The position numbers and the translations under genes are program-made. A stretch of DNA of 64,000 nt from Rhizodiscina lignyota. Its lineage: Eukaryota. The notes beneath the pieces are model-generated. The model saw only the letters and a program-made list of their open reading frames with translations. It was not told the origin of the DNA and ran no database searches. Below, piece after piece: positions 14,647-27,081 of this stretch (position 1 is its first letter; each line of letters starts with the position of its first letter). The stretch lies in the NCBI GenBank assembly GCA_010015805.1, contig ML978128.1:1116001-1180000 (forward strand), read 5' to 3'.

Positions 14647-17600
14647 ATGGCTTCTGATCCTGGCAATTTGCCTCAGGCAGAGGCAGCATCCGATGAAGGA
14701 GAGCAACTCGACTTCCTCGCCACAGCACGCGACCAAGACGACCTCGAGCGCGACATTGGCCGCCAAGCTGACCAAATCCTCACCGAACAAGCCGACGAGC
14801 GAGATAAGAAGAGGAGGGAGAAGACCGAAGCGAGCAAGGCGAAACTTACCACTCAAATTGAGACACTGAAAAAGCGGCTGGCGCAACCCGGCAGTTCGAC
14901 CGTCAAGAATCCGATCAGAGAAGATATTGCGAACTTTGAGGCGACCGTGCGAGAGCTGGACATCGAACTCGAGCAGATTCAGAAGCGCATCGATGACAGG
15001 CATAAAGGTGTGGAGGCTGGAGCGGCTGGTGGCGAAGCAGCGGCGGAGGAAGATGCGAATGGCAACAAGAGGCTTCCGACTGAAAGTCGCAGGGACTTTC
15101 TCATAAGGACGGGCAAGATCACACCGTTCTCTAAGATGCCCGGAATGTTGAAGACGAGCAGCGATTTGGCGGATGTCATGTTGGACGCAGAAGTCGAGGA
15201 TGTGGACGAGGAAGATGAGGAAGAGGAAGAGCAGACTGTTGCAGCCGGAGGACCTAAATCGCATAGAAACTTGCTATTGCCTGGTGGATTCGACGACGAA
15301 ACCAGCGAGACGAGTTCCGCTACTGCGGTCACACCACATCGAGCCACGAAGCGCAGGAGGGTCGAGACATCAGGAAAAGCACGAGAGCCCTCGAAGATAA
15401 TGGACAAGTCTACATCAGAAGAATCAGCAGTTGGAGAGTCCGATGCCTATGAGCCAGGCATGGATGACAAACAGCTTGCTGCGCTGGGCGAGACCGAGTC
15501 TGAGGAGATGGCCGCCGACGACGACGATGATGACTACCAGATGGATACCGAGCCTCATAAGCGGAAGAGAGCTGGCAAGAAGACAAAGCAGAAACAGAAA
15601 GCACAAGTCGAAGAAGCACATGAAGATCTTGCTGGTGTCGACGATGGCAATGAGACGCTGTATCAAGCGCGACTGCAGAATTGGGTTCGCAGGAGAAGCG
15701 AAGCGAGGCGAAAATCCAATGCTCGAAAGGCAATTGACGAAACCGAAGATGACTTGCCGGCGTATGAAGAAGAATGGAACTTGCCACATCCGACGCGACC
15801 AGATACCGTCCTCGACGGTGGGCTGCATATTCCTGGAGACATCTACCCTTCCTTATTCGACTACCAGAAAACTGGAGTACAATGGCTTTGGGAGTTGTAC
15901 ATGCAGCAAGTGGGTGGTATCATTGGTGATGAGATGGGCCTTGGAAAGACGATACAGGTGATCTCCTTCCTCGCTGGCCTTCATCATTCGAAAAAGATCA
16001 CAAAGCCGATCATCGTCGTCACTCCGGCTACCGTGATGAAGCAGTGGGTCAACGAGTTTCACCGATGGTGGCCTCCGCTTAGAGTGTCAATCTTGCACTC
16101 ATCTGGTAGTGGTATGATGAACGTTCGACGAGAGGCAGAAATCGAGGACGACCTTGAGCTTCAGTCTTGGGATGACCAGAGAACGCTGCCTCGAAGTCAC
16201 AAGTCGGCAAAGAAAATTGTCGATCGGGTTGTTCGAAGTGGCCATGTCCTCGTTACCACATACACTGGCCTTCAGACCTACGCCAAATTGCTTATCCCCC
16301 AGGAATGGGAGTATGCTGTCCTGGACGAAGGCCACATGATTCGAAACCCCAATACTGCGATTACTATCTACTGCAAAGAGCTGAAAACGCCGAATAGAAT
16401 CATTCTATCTGGAACACCGATGCAAAACAACCTCACAGAACTTTGGTCGCTGTTCGACTTCGTCTTCCCGATGCGACTAGGCACCTTGGTTAACTTCCGC
16501 CAGCAATTCGAGTTCCCGATCAAACAAGGTGGATATGCAAACGCATCAAACCTGCAGGTCGAAACCGCAATGAAATGTGCTGAGACGTTGAAAGATACAA
16601 TCAGCGCATACCTACTACAGAGATTCAAGGTTGACGTTGCAGCGGATCTGCCAAAGAAGACCGAACGTGTTCTTTTCTGCCGTTTGACCAAGCTGCAGAG
16701 AGATTCATATACCGCTTTCCTGGATTCCGATGAAATGAAATCGATCGAAGCTGGCAAGCGACAGGCTCTCTACGGTGTTGACATTCTTCGCAAGATCAGC
16801 AATCATCCTGATTTGGTTCAGCACAGAGTCTTGTCTAAGAAGGCCAGCTATAACTACGGCGATCCAAAGAAATCCGGAAAGATGCAAGTTGTTCGTGGCC
16901 TGCTCGAAATGTGGAAGAAGAACGGGCACAAGACCCTCCTCTTTGCTCAACATAGGATCATGTTGGATATCTTGGAGAAATTTGTCTCCTCTCTTGACGG
17001 CTTCAATTACCGCCGTATGGATGGTAACACATCCATCAAGGATCGCCAAAGCATGGTCGACGAATTCAACAAGGATCAAGATCTTCACGTTTTCCTTCTG
17101 ACGACCAAAGTCGGCGGACTCGGCGTCAACCTCACCGGTGCTGATCGAGTCATCATATACGATCCAGACTGGAATCCGTCGACTGACGTGCAAGCTCGAG
17201 AGCGAGCATGGCGTCTTGGACAAAAGCGCGAGGTTGAAATATACCGCCTGATGACCGCCGGCACGATCGAGGAGAAGATTTATCATCGCCAAATCTTCAA
17301 ACAGTTCCTCACGAACAAAATCCTGAGGGATCCAAAGCAGCGGCAGACATTCCAGCTGAGAGATCTCCATGACCTGTTCACACTGGGCGAAGTAGAGGGC
17401 AATCAAACGGAGACGGGAAACCTCTTCAAGGGCACCGAGGTCAAGTTCAAAGAGGAGAAGAGAGCCGCGTTGGAGAAGGGCCTACCGACACCTCCAACAG
17501 ATAGCGAGGTTGCCTTATCCAACAAAGTGCTGAAGTCGAAGTCCGCACCGGAGGATGTGAACGCCATTGCTGGCATTTCAAAGCAGGAAGACTACAATCC

Positions 17601-18345
17601 CGAGGATGCGACAACCGAGTCCACCGCAAGGCCTGGTGGAGCCTCTGCTTCAGCATCCAGTAAGAGCGGAGGAACTGCCGATGGTGATGGAAATCAGCAG
17701 AACCAACCGGATCGTATCCTGTCCGCTCTCTTTTCTCGCGCAGGAGTCCAATCGGCTCTCGAGCACGACGCCATCATTGGTAGCAATTCTGGCAAAACCA
17801 AAGTCAGAGCCGACCCGGAGATCATTGCTCGCGAAGCCCGTCGCGTGGCCGCAGAAGCAGCGCGGGAACTCCAGCGTGCAGGCGAGATCGCGAAGACGAT
17901 ACCAGCTGGCGTACCGACGTGGACCGGCCAGTTTGGCGAGGCGGGCCGACCCCCGAGCCCACCCGCACGGCGCATGGGCATGGGTCGTGGACGAGGCAGC
18001 GGTTTCGCTGGTGCTGGCGGGCCTTCCTCCTCATCTGTCCTTTCAAATCTCGCGCGTCGTCAAGGCACCGCGCTTCCGACTGTTCGACCGTCTCCTTCGT
18101 CTTCCGGCACCTCAACGCCGCAGACCCAGCCGAAGGGCAAGGAATTCCTTGTGCTGATCAGAGACTTTCTCAGGACGCATGGGGGCAAGGCGTACACGCA
18201 GATGCTGATTGATCACTTCAATCGTTTCTGCGGCACGCCGCAGAGGACTGCCGACTTCAAGGAGATGCTGAAGAAGATTGCGGTGTTGGAGCAGGGAAGG
18301 AGTGGAGGAAGGGGCCGATGGGTCCTGAAGGAAGAATTCCGTTGA
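14647..18345 (+). CDS. RAD26: SNF2-family DNA repair ATPase RAD26/Rhp26 (CSB/ERCC6 orthologue), intronless
   Basis: 1232-aa ORF: LFDYQKTGVQWLWELY..QVGGIIGDEMGLGKT, LDEGHMIRNP, LSGTPMQNNL, IKQGGYANASNLQV, LLTTKVGGLGVNLTGADRVIIYDPDWNPSTDVQARERAWRLGQ, and a C-terminal winged-helix-like region. Confidence 0.95.
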   Translation: MASDPGNLPQAEAASDEGEQLDFLATARDQDDLERDIGRQADQILTEQADERDKKRREKTEASKAKLTTQIETLKKRLAQPGSSTVKNPIREDIANFEATVRELDIELEQIQKRIDDRHKGVEAGAAGGEAAAEEDANGNKRLPTESRRDFLIRTGKITPFSKMPGMLKTSSDLADVMLDAEVEDVDEEDEEEEEQTVAAGGPKSHRNLLLPGGFDDETSETSSATAVTPHRATKRRRVETSGKAREPSKIMDKSTSEESAVGESDAYEPGMDDKQLAALGETESEEMAADDDDDDYQMDTEPHKRKRAGKKTKQKQKAQVEEAHEDLAGVDDGNETLYQARLQNWVRRRSEARRKSNARKAIDETEDDLPAYEEEWNLPHPTRPDTVLDGGLHIPGDIYPSLFDYQKTGVQWLWELYMQQVGGIIGDEMGLGKTIQVISFLAGLHHSKKITKPIIVVTPATVMKQWVNEFHRWWPPLRVSILHSSGSGMMNVRREAEIEDDLELQSWDDQRTLPRSHKSAKKIVDRVVRSGHVLVTTYTGLQTYAKLLIPQEWEYAVLDEGHMIRNPNTAITIYCKELKTPNRIILSGTPMQNNLTELWSLFDFVFPMRLGTLVNFRQQFEFPIKQGGYANASNLQVETAMKCAETLKDTISAYLLQRFKVDVAADLPKKTERVLFCRLTKLQRDSYTAFLDSDEMKSIEAGKRQALYGVDILRKISNHPDLVQHRVLSKKASYNYGDPKKSGKMQVVRGLLEMWKKNGHKTLLFAQHRIMLDILEKFVSSLDGFNYRRMDGNTSIKDRQSMVDEFNKDQDLHVFLLTTKVGGLGVNLTGADRVIIYDPDWNPSTDVQARERAWRLGQKREVEIYRLMTAGTIEEKIYHRQIFKQFLTNKILRDPKQRQTFQLRDLHDLFTLGEVEGNQTETGNLFKGTEVKFKEEKRAALEKGLPTPPTDSEVALSNKVLKSKSAPEDVNAIAGISKQEDYNPEDATTESTARPGGASASASSKSGGTADGDGNQQNQPDRILSALFSRAGVQSALEHDAIIGSNSGKTKVRADPEIIAREARRVAAEAARELQRAGEIAKTIPAGVPTWTGQFGEAGRPPSPPARRMGMGRGRGSGFAGAGGPSSSSVLSNLARRQGTALPTVRPSPSSSGTSTPQTQPKGKEFLVLIRDFLRTHGGKAYTQMLIDHFNRFCGTPQRTADFKEMLKKIAVLEQGRSGGRGRWVLKEEFR

Positions 18346-18695
18346 TTGACGGGACATTGGCATATCTTCAATATTGACATTGAAGAAATCTTGCCGAATC
18401 AGAAACTGGAGAGGAATCACTCCAGTATAGCTTCTATGATAAGCTCTAGATCACTTTTGGACGGAGCTCACAATGACTTCGTCCACTGAAATGAAAACAA
18501 TTCGTGCCATAACTACTTTTTGATTTTGATCGTGAAGCCTTCGGCTTTCGAATATCTATGCTTCGTTCTTTTGTCGAGTACCGAAAAGTACCGAAAGTGT
18601 CGTAGAAGTCATTTCCCCCTTTCTTCCAACTCCAAAGAGCGAGACATAAAGTCGTCTGTCCTTGTAATAGTCTTCGCCACGCCATGCTGAAGCAA

Positions 18696-21600
18696 TCATA
18701 GTAGAGTTGGTCCAACAGACCAGAGAGAGTGCATGCTCTCAAGATACTCGTCCTGCTCATCGTCAACCTCTCCTAACTTCTTAGCCCAACGCCGTGCCCT
18801 CTTCCAAGTCTTATCCTCTTTTTTCTTGCCGTTTAGACTCGAACGTACGCTCGCAGTTGGGTTCTCTAGCAGTTCGTATCCTAGCACGCCCATCTTCCAC
18901 ACTCCACCGCACTCACCACACTCGAGGAGAGCCGATGAATCTGAAACTTGCGCCGTGGCGCCGCATCTGAAGCACGCAAAGTTGCAGCGCTCACAGATCG
19001 CGGTTGCACCGTCCAAGCGAGGTCTGGCTGGTCGATTGCATTTCGAGCATCTGGCTTTGCCGGCCAATAGCTCTCCGTCCTGCACTGGCTTCGCCTCTCG
19101 CAGTGCGCCGGGAATCCTGTCGTGACTTCGTCCACTATCACCGCTCTCTTCCGCTGTGATTTTCAGACCGGCGCTATTCTTGTCGCATCCTTTGACGAGA
19201 CACTGATCGCCCTCTCGCATCTTCGCTTGGAACTCGGCGGCCGCCACGCGTAGCTCTGGAGCATCCATCGCGTCATCGATGAATGGAGTACTCATGTAGT
19301 TAGGGCCTTGGACTGCTTGTCTGATTGGGAGTGAGCCAATTTGACATAATGTTATTGCCTTTAACTCGACAAGGGCCTTCGCAGCGGATATTCCAGAGTC
19401 CGGATCATATGTGGGATCATTGTTCGTCGCACTCGGCTCGGGTGCCTTGCTAAGCTTGAATTGGCGTGCGTTGCGAATAGATCGATCGGCATTTCCAACC
19501 TCCAGCACGTCAACCCTGCCGCTCACAGATCCGATGAGCAACTTGTCCAAATCAGGGCTCCATGCTCCAGACATAACCCCAGAATCCAGTGTCACTACAT
19601 CTCTCACTCTCGCATCTTCAGCAGAACGATAAGGATCCCATGCGATGACTACGCCGTCGGAAGAGCCAGAATAGAGCCTCGTCCTGTCATGTCCCCAGGA
19701 ACAGAATCGTACACCTGTATCGAGCTGTTCGCGTTCTCGCTCATTATCATACTGGAGAGGCTGAAGCGGCTTGCCATGTCTGAAGGTATGCAAGATGTCA
19801 TTGTGTTTTCGGATGTCCCACATGTAGACGGAGCCGTTCGTGCACCCGACTGTGACGAGGAAGTGATCGTGGGGACTGAAGATTACGTCATTGATGTCTG
19901 AAGCAGGGCACTCCATGTCCATAGCGTATGACACCTTTTCTTTCCCCTTCTCTTCACCTAATGCGTAGAGCTTGACAGCACTCTTTATGCCTCTGTTTAC
20001 ATTGACGCCCGCCACGCAGGCTATAGCGAAATTGGATGCGTCTGGTGACCAACTTATATCAAAGACGTTACGGGTGTTTGGCCAGATTGAAATTTGAGCC
20101 TGGTGTGAAATGTCCCACAAGCAAATTTCACCAACAATATCCTGCTTGTCGTCATGCTGGTTGGAGGCAAATCCGCCAAGAAGGTAAGAGTGGACAGATG
20201 GATGCAAACCCCAGCGGAGTGCAGAAGGAAAGGTACGAGTCTCCGGGCGCGTTCGTGCCTTTTCCGAGGAAAGAAGAAGCGTGGTAAGTGGTCCATGCTC
20301 TTGACAGCCGACGATGCGTACGCTTCCTGGGCCAGATATTTGACAGCCTGTAGCAATCACGCTGCTTTCATAATCGGGATGGACAGCTAGGAGATCGACA
20401 GCTGCTTCGTGCTGGATGGCACCGACTAAGCCAGCATCGTCTGACGCCGCATCCCAATAACGCACAACGCCGTCATACCCAGCAGAGTACATGAGCTCTC
20501 CGCTTGGTGAAAAGTCAACTGCGGAGACAGTCATAAACAGCCTCGGATCCTGAGTGGCGTACATCTCGTCGCTGGCGTTGACTCCGGTCTCTTGCTTTTC
20601 TCGCTTGCTGAAATGTGCCGCCAGTTCTTTTACTTCCCCTGTCTCAACACAACCAAGCAGCAGATTGTTAGGCCTATTGTATTGCATGCTGTCTCTATCA
20701 ACCAAGCATGCGGAGCCAGCAGCAAACCTCTCGCCGCCTGAAGCCCATGCGACGGTTCCAACGTCTCCAGAGGTACCTGTGAATGCAATCGAAGGGCCGA
20801 TGGACTCAAAGCCATTCGTGCGAAGATTTGTGCGAGCCTTAATGCTGTTGCTGCCAAGCTCTCGGTTGCGAAGATTCGAGGAGAGCGTTCCAGTTGCGGC
20901 AATTGCACGAGTTACAGGCTTGCCCAGTCGTTGCTTCAAGGGGGTCTTGTTGACGTGACCATCTCTCAGGTCACCCAAGAAAGCCTCAACATCATCTTTA
21001 TGGCGAAAAGGGAGGTATTCGTTCTGCTGTACATGCCAGCCAATTTTATTGATGGCAACATCGTCAGCGTTGTGCATGATAGAGCTCAGCACTTTTAGAA
21101 GAGAGCCATGCTCGTTACCAGCATCTCCCAGAACAGAGCTTATGCTGTACTGGACGCCTTCTAGCTCGTCGTAGTCGAAATCAATGTGGAGCGGCGCCCC
21201 CTGCCATGCTTTGAGGCGTGTCCTGTCCCATTCGCCTTCCAATAAGCCCTGTTGCACTGCTTGTCGCTCTGCGTACGAGAGATATGGTTTTGGATATGGC
21301 TCTGGTGCCTTCTTAGATGCTCGACGGACTCTGCGACTTGGTTGCTCGGGGATGGAAGGGCCCGCTATTTCAGCCTCGGACGGCAGGAAATCTGATCTGC
21401 TGGTGTTTGTCTCTTCTCTGCTTAATCTGAGCGGTGCGAAGTAATTTTCCGGTCTAGCAACGGCTCTACTTGGACGAATTCCATGTTGAGGCGCGGCGGG
21501 CTCTTGTGGCTTTGGAGGCCGTCCTCGAGGTCTCGGTGGCAATATTTGAACGTTGTTCTGCGGCTTTGAGGGCCGTCCTCTCTGTTTAGGAACAGGAGCT

Positions 21601-23348
21601 GACGAAATCAAGGCGGCAACTTGGGCAGATCGGCTCTTTGGAGTAGCTGTCAAGTCCACAGGCGCATATGGTGTACCTGTGTGTCCAGGAGGCGTTTTCA
21701 GTGTGATATTCCTCTTCTTCAGGTCCTCTTTAATCTTCGGAAGATACTTTACTTGCTCCTCGGGAGTAAGCCATCTCTCCAGATTCTGCTCCAAGTATTT
21801 GTTCCATTTTGTTGCCATTGTGCCCGTCGATCGACCCGGATACCACTCTGCGATCTCGTTGAATGTCAGCCCATGGAATAGTCGAAGCTCAACTAGTTTT
21901 CGCAACTCTTCTTGGGTGAATTGTTGGAGTTTGCCACATGGTGGTCTGTTTGCCCATCTTGGCTTCTCAACTGCAAGTTCCGGAGGGAGTGCATCGTTCA
22001 TTCCACTTTGTGCCGGCGCTCGCGACGATGGTTGGTGAGGCGGTGGCGATTGTGGTGAGGGCCGAGCTTCTGATAGATCGACAATGTCTGGCTGCCGCCG
22101 AGGCGGGCCTCGGGGTCTATCCTGAGCGGAAGAGACATGTGTGGATGTTGGTATTGCTTGGCCGCTTCTGAGCGCATTCTGTCCGATTGCCGTATCATTT
22201 GCTTGCTCAGCCTGGACAACGATTGCAGAGCCGTTCTCAAACCGCATCTGAGGGGTATTCGGAGGTCTGAAATATGTCTGCCTTGCAACTTCGTTTGCTT
22301 TCATTTCCTTACGAGCGATTCGGGTAATGAGGGAAGGAGTTGGCAAATCCTTCTGGTGACTCGTCTGGGCTGATGCAAATGAGTCTGAAGAGTCTGAATC
22401 GTTCCTTGCTCGAGTACGTAACGCATTCTTCGAGCTCTCTGCAATCGTTGGGTGAGACTGGCGCTTGTTACTTCCTTTGAGGAAGCGATCTCGGTCACCG
22501 AAGCCGGCGCGCCCGATATCTCTGCTAAGAAGAGCGATGCCGCTCTGGGTCGGGCCTTTCTCAACTCCCGATCCCGACCCAAGAATACTATCGCTTTTGT
22601 CTTGTACATCTTCGTCTTCGGCGGAGTCTTTGGTATCCAGCTGGGCGGCCTGAATTAGCGCATCAAAGGACTTTCTTCCTTCGCCAAGCCTCTTTGCGCC
22701 CTGTCCAGCAAGCCGTGTACCTTCTCCTTCTAGCTCATCATGAGATCCGGAGTATAATCGTGCTCGCGGCCGTTCCTTCGGCGTCGATTCAGGCCAGAAA
22801 TCGGTAAAGCTGTTTCCAATGGATGTGCCACTACCGCTCTTGAGCAATCCACCCGCCGTTCTCTTTGCCGGTATATGCTCCCCTGTAGCGCCACCTGGCA
22901 TCGTCGAATCATCATAAGTTGGCACCAACTTCCGTGGCTTGTGCTCGCCTGGCCGTGGCGTGAAATCGCCAGCCCGCTGTCTCTGTTTCCTTTCCTGAAC
23001 GTATTGTGTCTTCTTGATGTTCCTCTCGATGGCTTTGTGAGCATCTTGCGTGTTATTCAATCCAGCTCTGAACCTCTGAGCCTCTGTCATGGGCAGTTGA
23101 CCGATATCATCCTCGTCGTGTTTGTTGAATAGTGATCGTCGCTTGGACCTTGTTGGTGTTGGAGCATCGTCGTCGGAATCCTCTGCGCCGACAGTCAGGT
23201 CGATTACGGATCCGAGATAGCTGCTCAGAAGTTTAGCCGTCTTCATAGTGCCTGGAGGTCTAGGAACAGGTGGAAAGTTGCTATGATGAGAGTAGTAAGA
23301 GTGTTATATACTGGGTTGTAAAGGAAGATATTACCTTGCTTGAACCAT
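18696..23348 (-). CDS. Large WD40 protein with Myb-like domain, AT-hooks and Cys-rich C-terminus; DCAF-like, resembling the Raf1/Dos1/DIM-9 class
   Basis: 1516-aa ORF 23246-18696, with a possible 14-nt first exon 23348-23335 spliced in frame to 23280. Myb-like FTQEELRKLVELRL...WYPGRSTGTMATKW; AT-hooks KQRGRPSK and PRGRPPK; WD repeats including the WDxR motif YMWDIRK; four CxxC pairs near the C-terminus. Orthology to Raf1/DIM-9 is inferred. Confidence 0.8.
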
Positions 23349-23948
23349 TGCATTTATAAACGCACTGGCAGCATTGCCAACTTAGCCGTCCATTCCGATA
23401 TTCACAGCTGAAGCTTAAAACGGCCAGGTAGAGTGGTGACAAGAAGTGTGAAGGTGAGGTGTAGGTAGCTAAGAGCGAAGGTAGTCGCGTCGCGAACTTT
23501 AACGATACGCGATCGCGGGTTAAGTGGCGGGGCAGTGGCGCTAACCTCACAAGCCACACCAGGGACACTTGAAGGTGACAAAATAATTGAGCCCGATGAG
23601 GGTCGAAAGGGTGGAGTATGAATGGATCTTGCTCTTATATCACTCAAAGCTGCGCATAATAAACTTTAGGTGGTAGGTATTAAGATTGTACTGTGTCAAT
23701 GAGTCTACCTTGGGTGAGGAGACTATGCTAATTCACTCTCCTCCGCTTCTCTGCCTATCAATACATGGCGAGAAATATTATGCACTGCAAGATCGTCCCT
23801 TTAAGTTACCCCTCAACGGCCCTCGATGTTTGCTCGATTGGAACGGAGGGCCATGCAATGAAACGCCGCCATAAACAACGCACCGCAATCTTAGCGGTGG
23901 TGCGGCGGCCTAAAAGATATACTGCAAAGATGATTGCTCCGGCGCTTT

Positions 23949-26900
23949 TTACGATCCTGACCCAACGTCCACCTGCTTTGCACCCTCAGTCTTAACAGCA
24001 TCGAACTTCTTGTCGTCGTAAGGATATGATCCGTTTGTCGAGGGTGTAGCGAGCTGCATCGGACTGTGGTGGCTCTCAACATTGCCATTGTCCGCTTTGA
24101 CTGGGTAAGCATATACGTCCTCCATCTTGGGACTGCTCTCTGCTGTGGTGCCATTTGCCGCATCTTGGCCTGTCAAATCCTCTGTCATTGCCGAGTAGTC
24201 AAGCACAGAAGAGTCATTCATGTCAGCTCCATGGACGGCAGCATCGTCAAGTTGGACTCCCTCTGGTCGTGGAGGTGGAGGTGGAGGGGGAGGCGGTGGC
24301 GGAGGTGGCGCCACGGCTTTCAGCTTCTTCGGCGAACTCGGGCTGTCCTCTTCATCCTTGGGCGAAGTTCCATCCGGCGTGACCTCATCTTCCCTCTTGC
24401 GCTTAAGATCGGGAGTCTCAGGGGTCTCGTCGCCATTATTCAACAGATCGGCCGGTGTCGTGTCTTTCTCATCATCCGACATTCCGCCCATATCATCGTC
24501 ACTCCCAACATCAACATTCCCGTCCTCCTTTTTCTTCGGAATGTTCGGCTCGCCGGGGGGCGTGTGTGACTCAACCCCCTTCGCCTTTACCTCCCGGTGC
24601 TTCTTATCTTCCCTCTTCTTCTTGTCCTTCTCTTTCGCTTTCGCTTTCTCGAAGTATGTCTGACAGTACTTCTTAACGGCCTTGACTTGTTTGTCAGAGA
24701 TATCTTTCGGGTCAGAGACACGGTTGTGCTTGTAGTCGGACTCGACGAGAGTCTTCGAAACTTCTTTTGCGAGGCGTTTGAGCTGGTCTTTTGGTATGTC
24801 GTGCCGAAATTTGTTCATTACGTGGTGGACATGAGGGAATATCTAGGAATAGAGTTAGCCGGAGCAGAATCCGGGAGCATGAACAAAACGTACAGTATTC
24901 TCATAAATCTTTTTCTGCTTTTCCAGAGAATAGGAGCGCCACTTCTCTTCTTTCTTGTCCTTCGGAGTCTCCTCGGCGGCGGATTGCGGGGTTGCAGCAG
25001 GACGCTTCTCGTTTGGCGTTGAGGCGTTAGTCTTTGTGATGTTGTTGATGATTTCTTGTAGCCTTTGCTCATGGGTCATGGCCTTCGGTGGTGGTGGAGG
25101 TCTGGGTGCCGGTGCAGTTGGCCGCTCCCATGTCGTGTCGGCGGTAGCAGAATAATAATAAGTCTTGCCACCTGACAAGGCCGAGAACCAGCCCTCAGGA
25201 AGAGCATTGAAGGCAGGACGAGGTCGGTAAGGAGGTCGTTGATAAAAATTAGCATTACGCTGAGGCATATTACTCCTTGGGCCTGATGGTGCGGCAGGTC
25301 CACGTGGAGCAGAGACGGATCGTGATCGCGAGCGTTCTCTTGATCGTGAACGTTCTCTAGGACGCTCTCTGCGCTCGTAGCGATCTGTTTGAGCAGCAGC
25401 GACAGCCTTTGGATCACGCTTTACACGCGGGATACGATATCCGACTTCAAGCTTGCTCCAGATTTCCAGCATTTCTGTTGCTTTGGTTTTGATGCGGTCG
25501 TCTTCGTTCCCCTTCAACTTCTCGACCGTCTCCTCGATCTTGGAGTCCTGTATTTTATTGCGAGTTATGCGTGGAAGACTGTGCAAGATGTCGAGCACCT
25601 GGAGGATAACATTGACATCTTCGATCCACGTTGTTATTGTCGACTTCAGAATCTGGTAGCCGTGCATCTTTACGACACGGTTGCGCACTTTCTCGTCATC
25701 GGCTCGTTGGATGCGGTTGAGCAGCTTGACGGCAATCCACTTCTCCTTGCACTGCATGAGAGTTGCCATGACTTTGGTGACAGCACCTTCATCCAAGCTC
25801 TTCGGTTGAACGCTGTCGACATACTCCTCATCGTCCTCATCCTTTCTCTTCTTGCGCGGCTTCTTCGCCACTGCAAAGTCCCAGCCATCTCCGTCGTCGA
25901 TGCCAAGAGCTTCAATAACAGCTGTCGGTAGCTGTGTCGCGCGCTCATCAGTTTGAGTCTTTCCGCCAATCACACCAATGCAGTTAGGTTCACCGCAATA
26001 GCAGACGACTTCCTCCGCACCATAGCGATCAACGTTGTAGTTGAAGACTAATTCCTCGCCCTTCTTGATGCGCCTCTCAGCGAAGATGCCCATGCGCAAC
26101 CGGTCGCCGACGACCCATTTGTCCACGTAGCAGTTTGGATTGCAGGAGTGGTTGCAGAATCGACCAAGGTTTCCCTTTCTGGTGGCGTCCACAAACTCAC
26201 CCTTGCTCAGGCTCATGAAGTAGAAATGCTTGATCTTTTCTTGGTCATATTGGATCGTCCGACGCCGGAACGCGGGTTCGTTGATGACTTCGCCGATATA
26301 TTCAAAAATGAAGTCGTTCGGGTTGAGGTCCGTGTCTGCACGGAGGCCGAAACCTTTCTTCTCGGTCTTGAAGACACTGACCTGGGCCCACTGGCGGTTC
26401 TGGAAGCGTTGGTTTTGGCATCCAGTGCCGCAGCGACAGTCGCCGATACATTCCATCTTCGTTGCGCGATTTATGCAGTCAGAATCCTCGCCGCAGGCCA
26501 AGTTGGACTGCGTCTTCGAATCTATGGTATTTGTTAGCAGTGTGATACATAAACACTTAAGAAGGTAACGGAGTCGCAATCATACCCCACTCATCGTCGC
26601 ACTCGCAGTCAAGAGCATGTTCAGTGGTGCCGATATATTTGTTTGCGTAGATGCACTCCTCGATAACCTGGAACACCGAACAAGCCTCCGCAGTCGTATC
26701 TGGCTCATGCAAGAAGAGTGGAGGCTCCCGCTTGACGATTTTCTGCGATTTTGTCCGCTCCAGTTTGGGCGCTTTTCCCGGCTCCATCTTCAGTGTAATG
26801 TCTCCGCCTACAGTCTCGATGTGCTCTCCGTTGTCCAGCGGTGTGTGGGGTTCGCTGTGTTGCTGTTTGATGGGAGACTGTGATGCGGAAGGTATTTTCT

Positions 26901-27081
26901 GTTTGCGAGGTGACCTGTTATTGAGCGCCGATGGAGGTGTTGGCGGTATCTGGTCTTCCTCCTCCAACTTGACCCTGGGTTTGGTCGTTCCTTCCTCGTC
27001 CGATGCGTGTCCGTCCAACTTCAAGTGTTGCACCTCCGACTCCAGCCGCTCCTCCTTTGCGTCACGCTCACTGTCCGACAT
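23949..27081 (-). CDS. SET2: Histone H3K36 methyltransferase Set2; 3 exons
   Basis: Exons 27081-26586, 26521-24894 and 24842-23949. AWS ([16 protein letters not shown]), SET (KKGFGLRA...[10 protein letters not shown]...ELVFNYN), post-SET ([10 protein letters not shown]), WW (LPEGW...TTWERP) and SRI domain. Confidence 0.97.
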
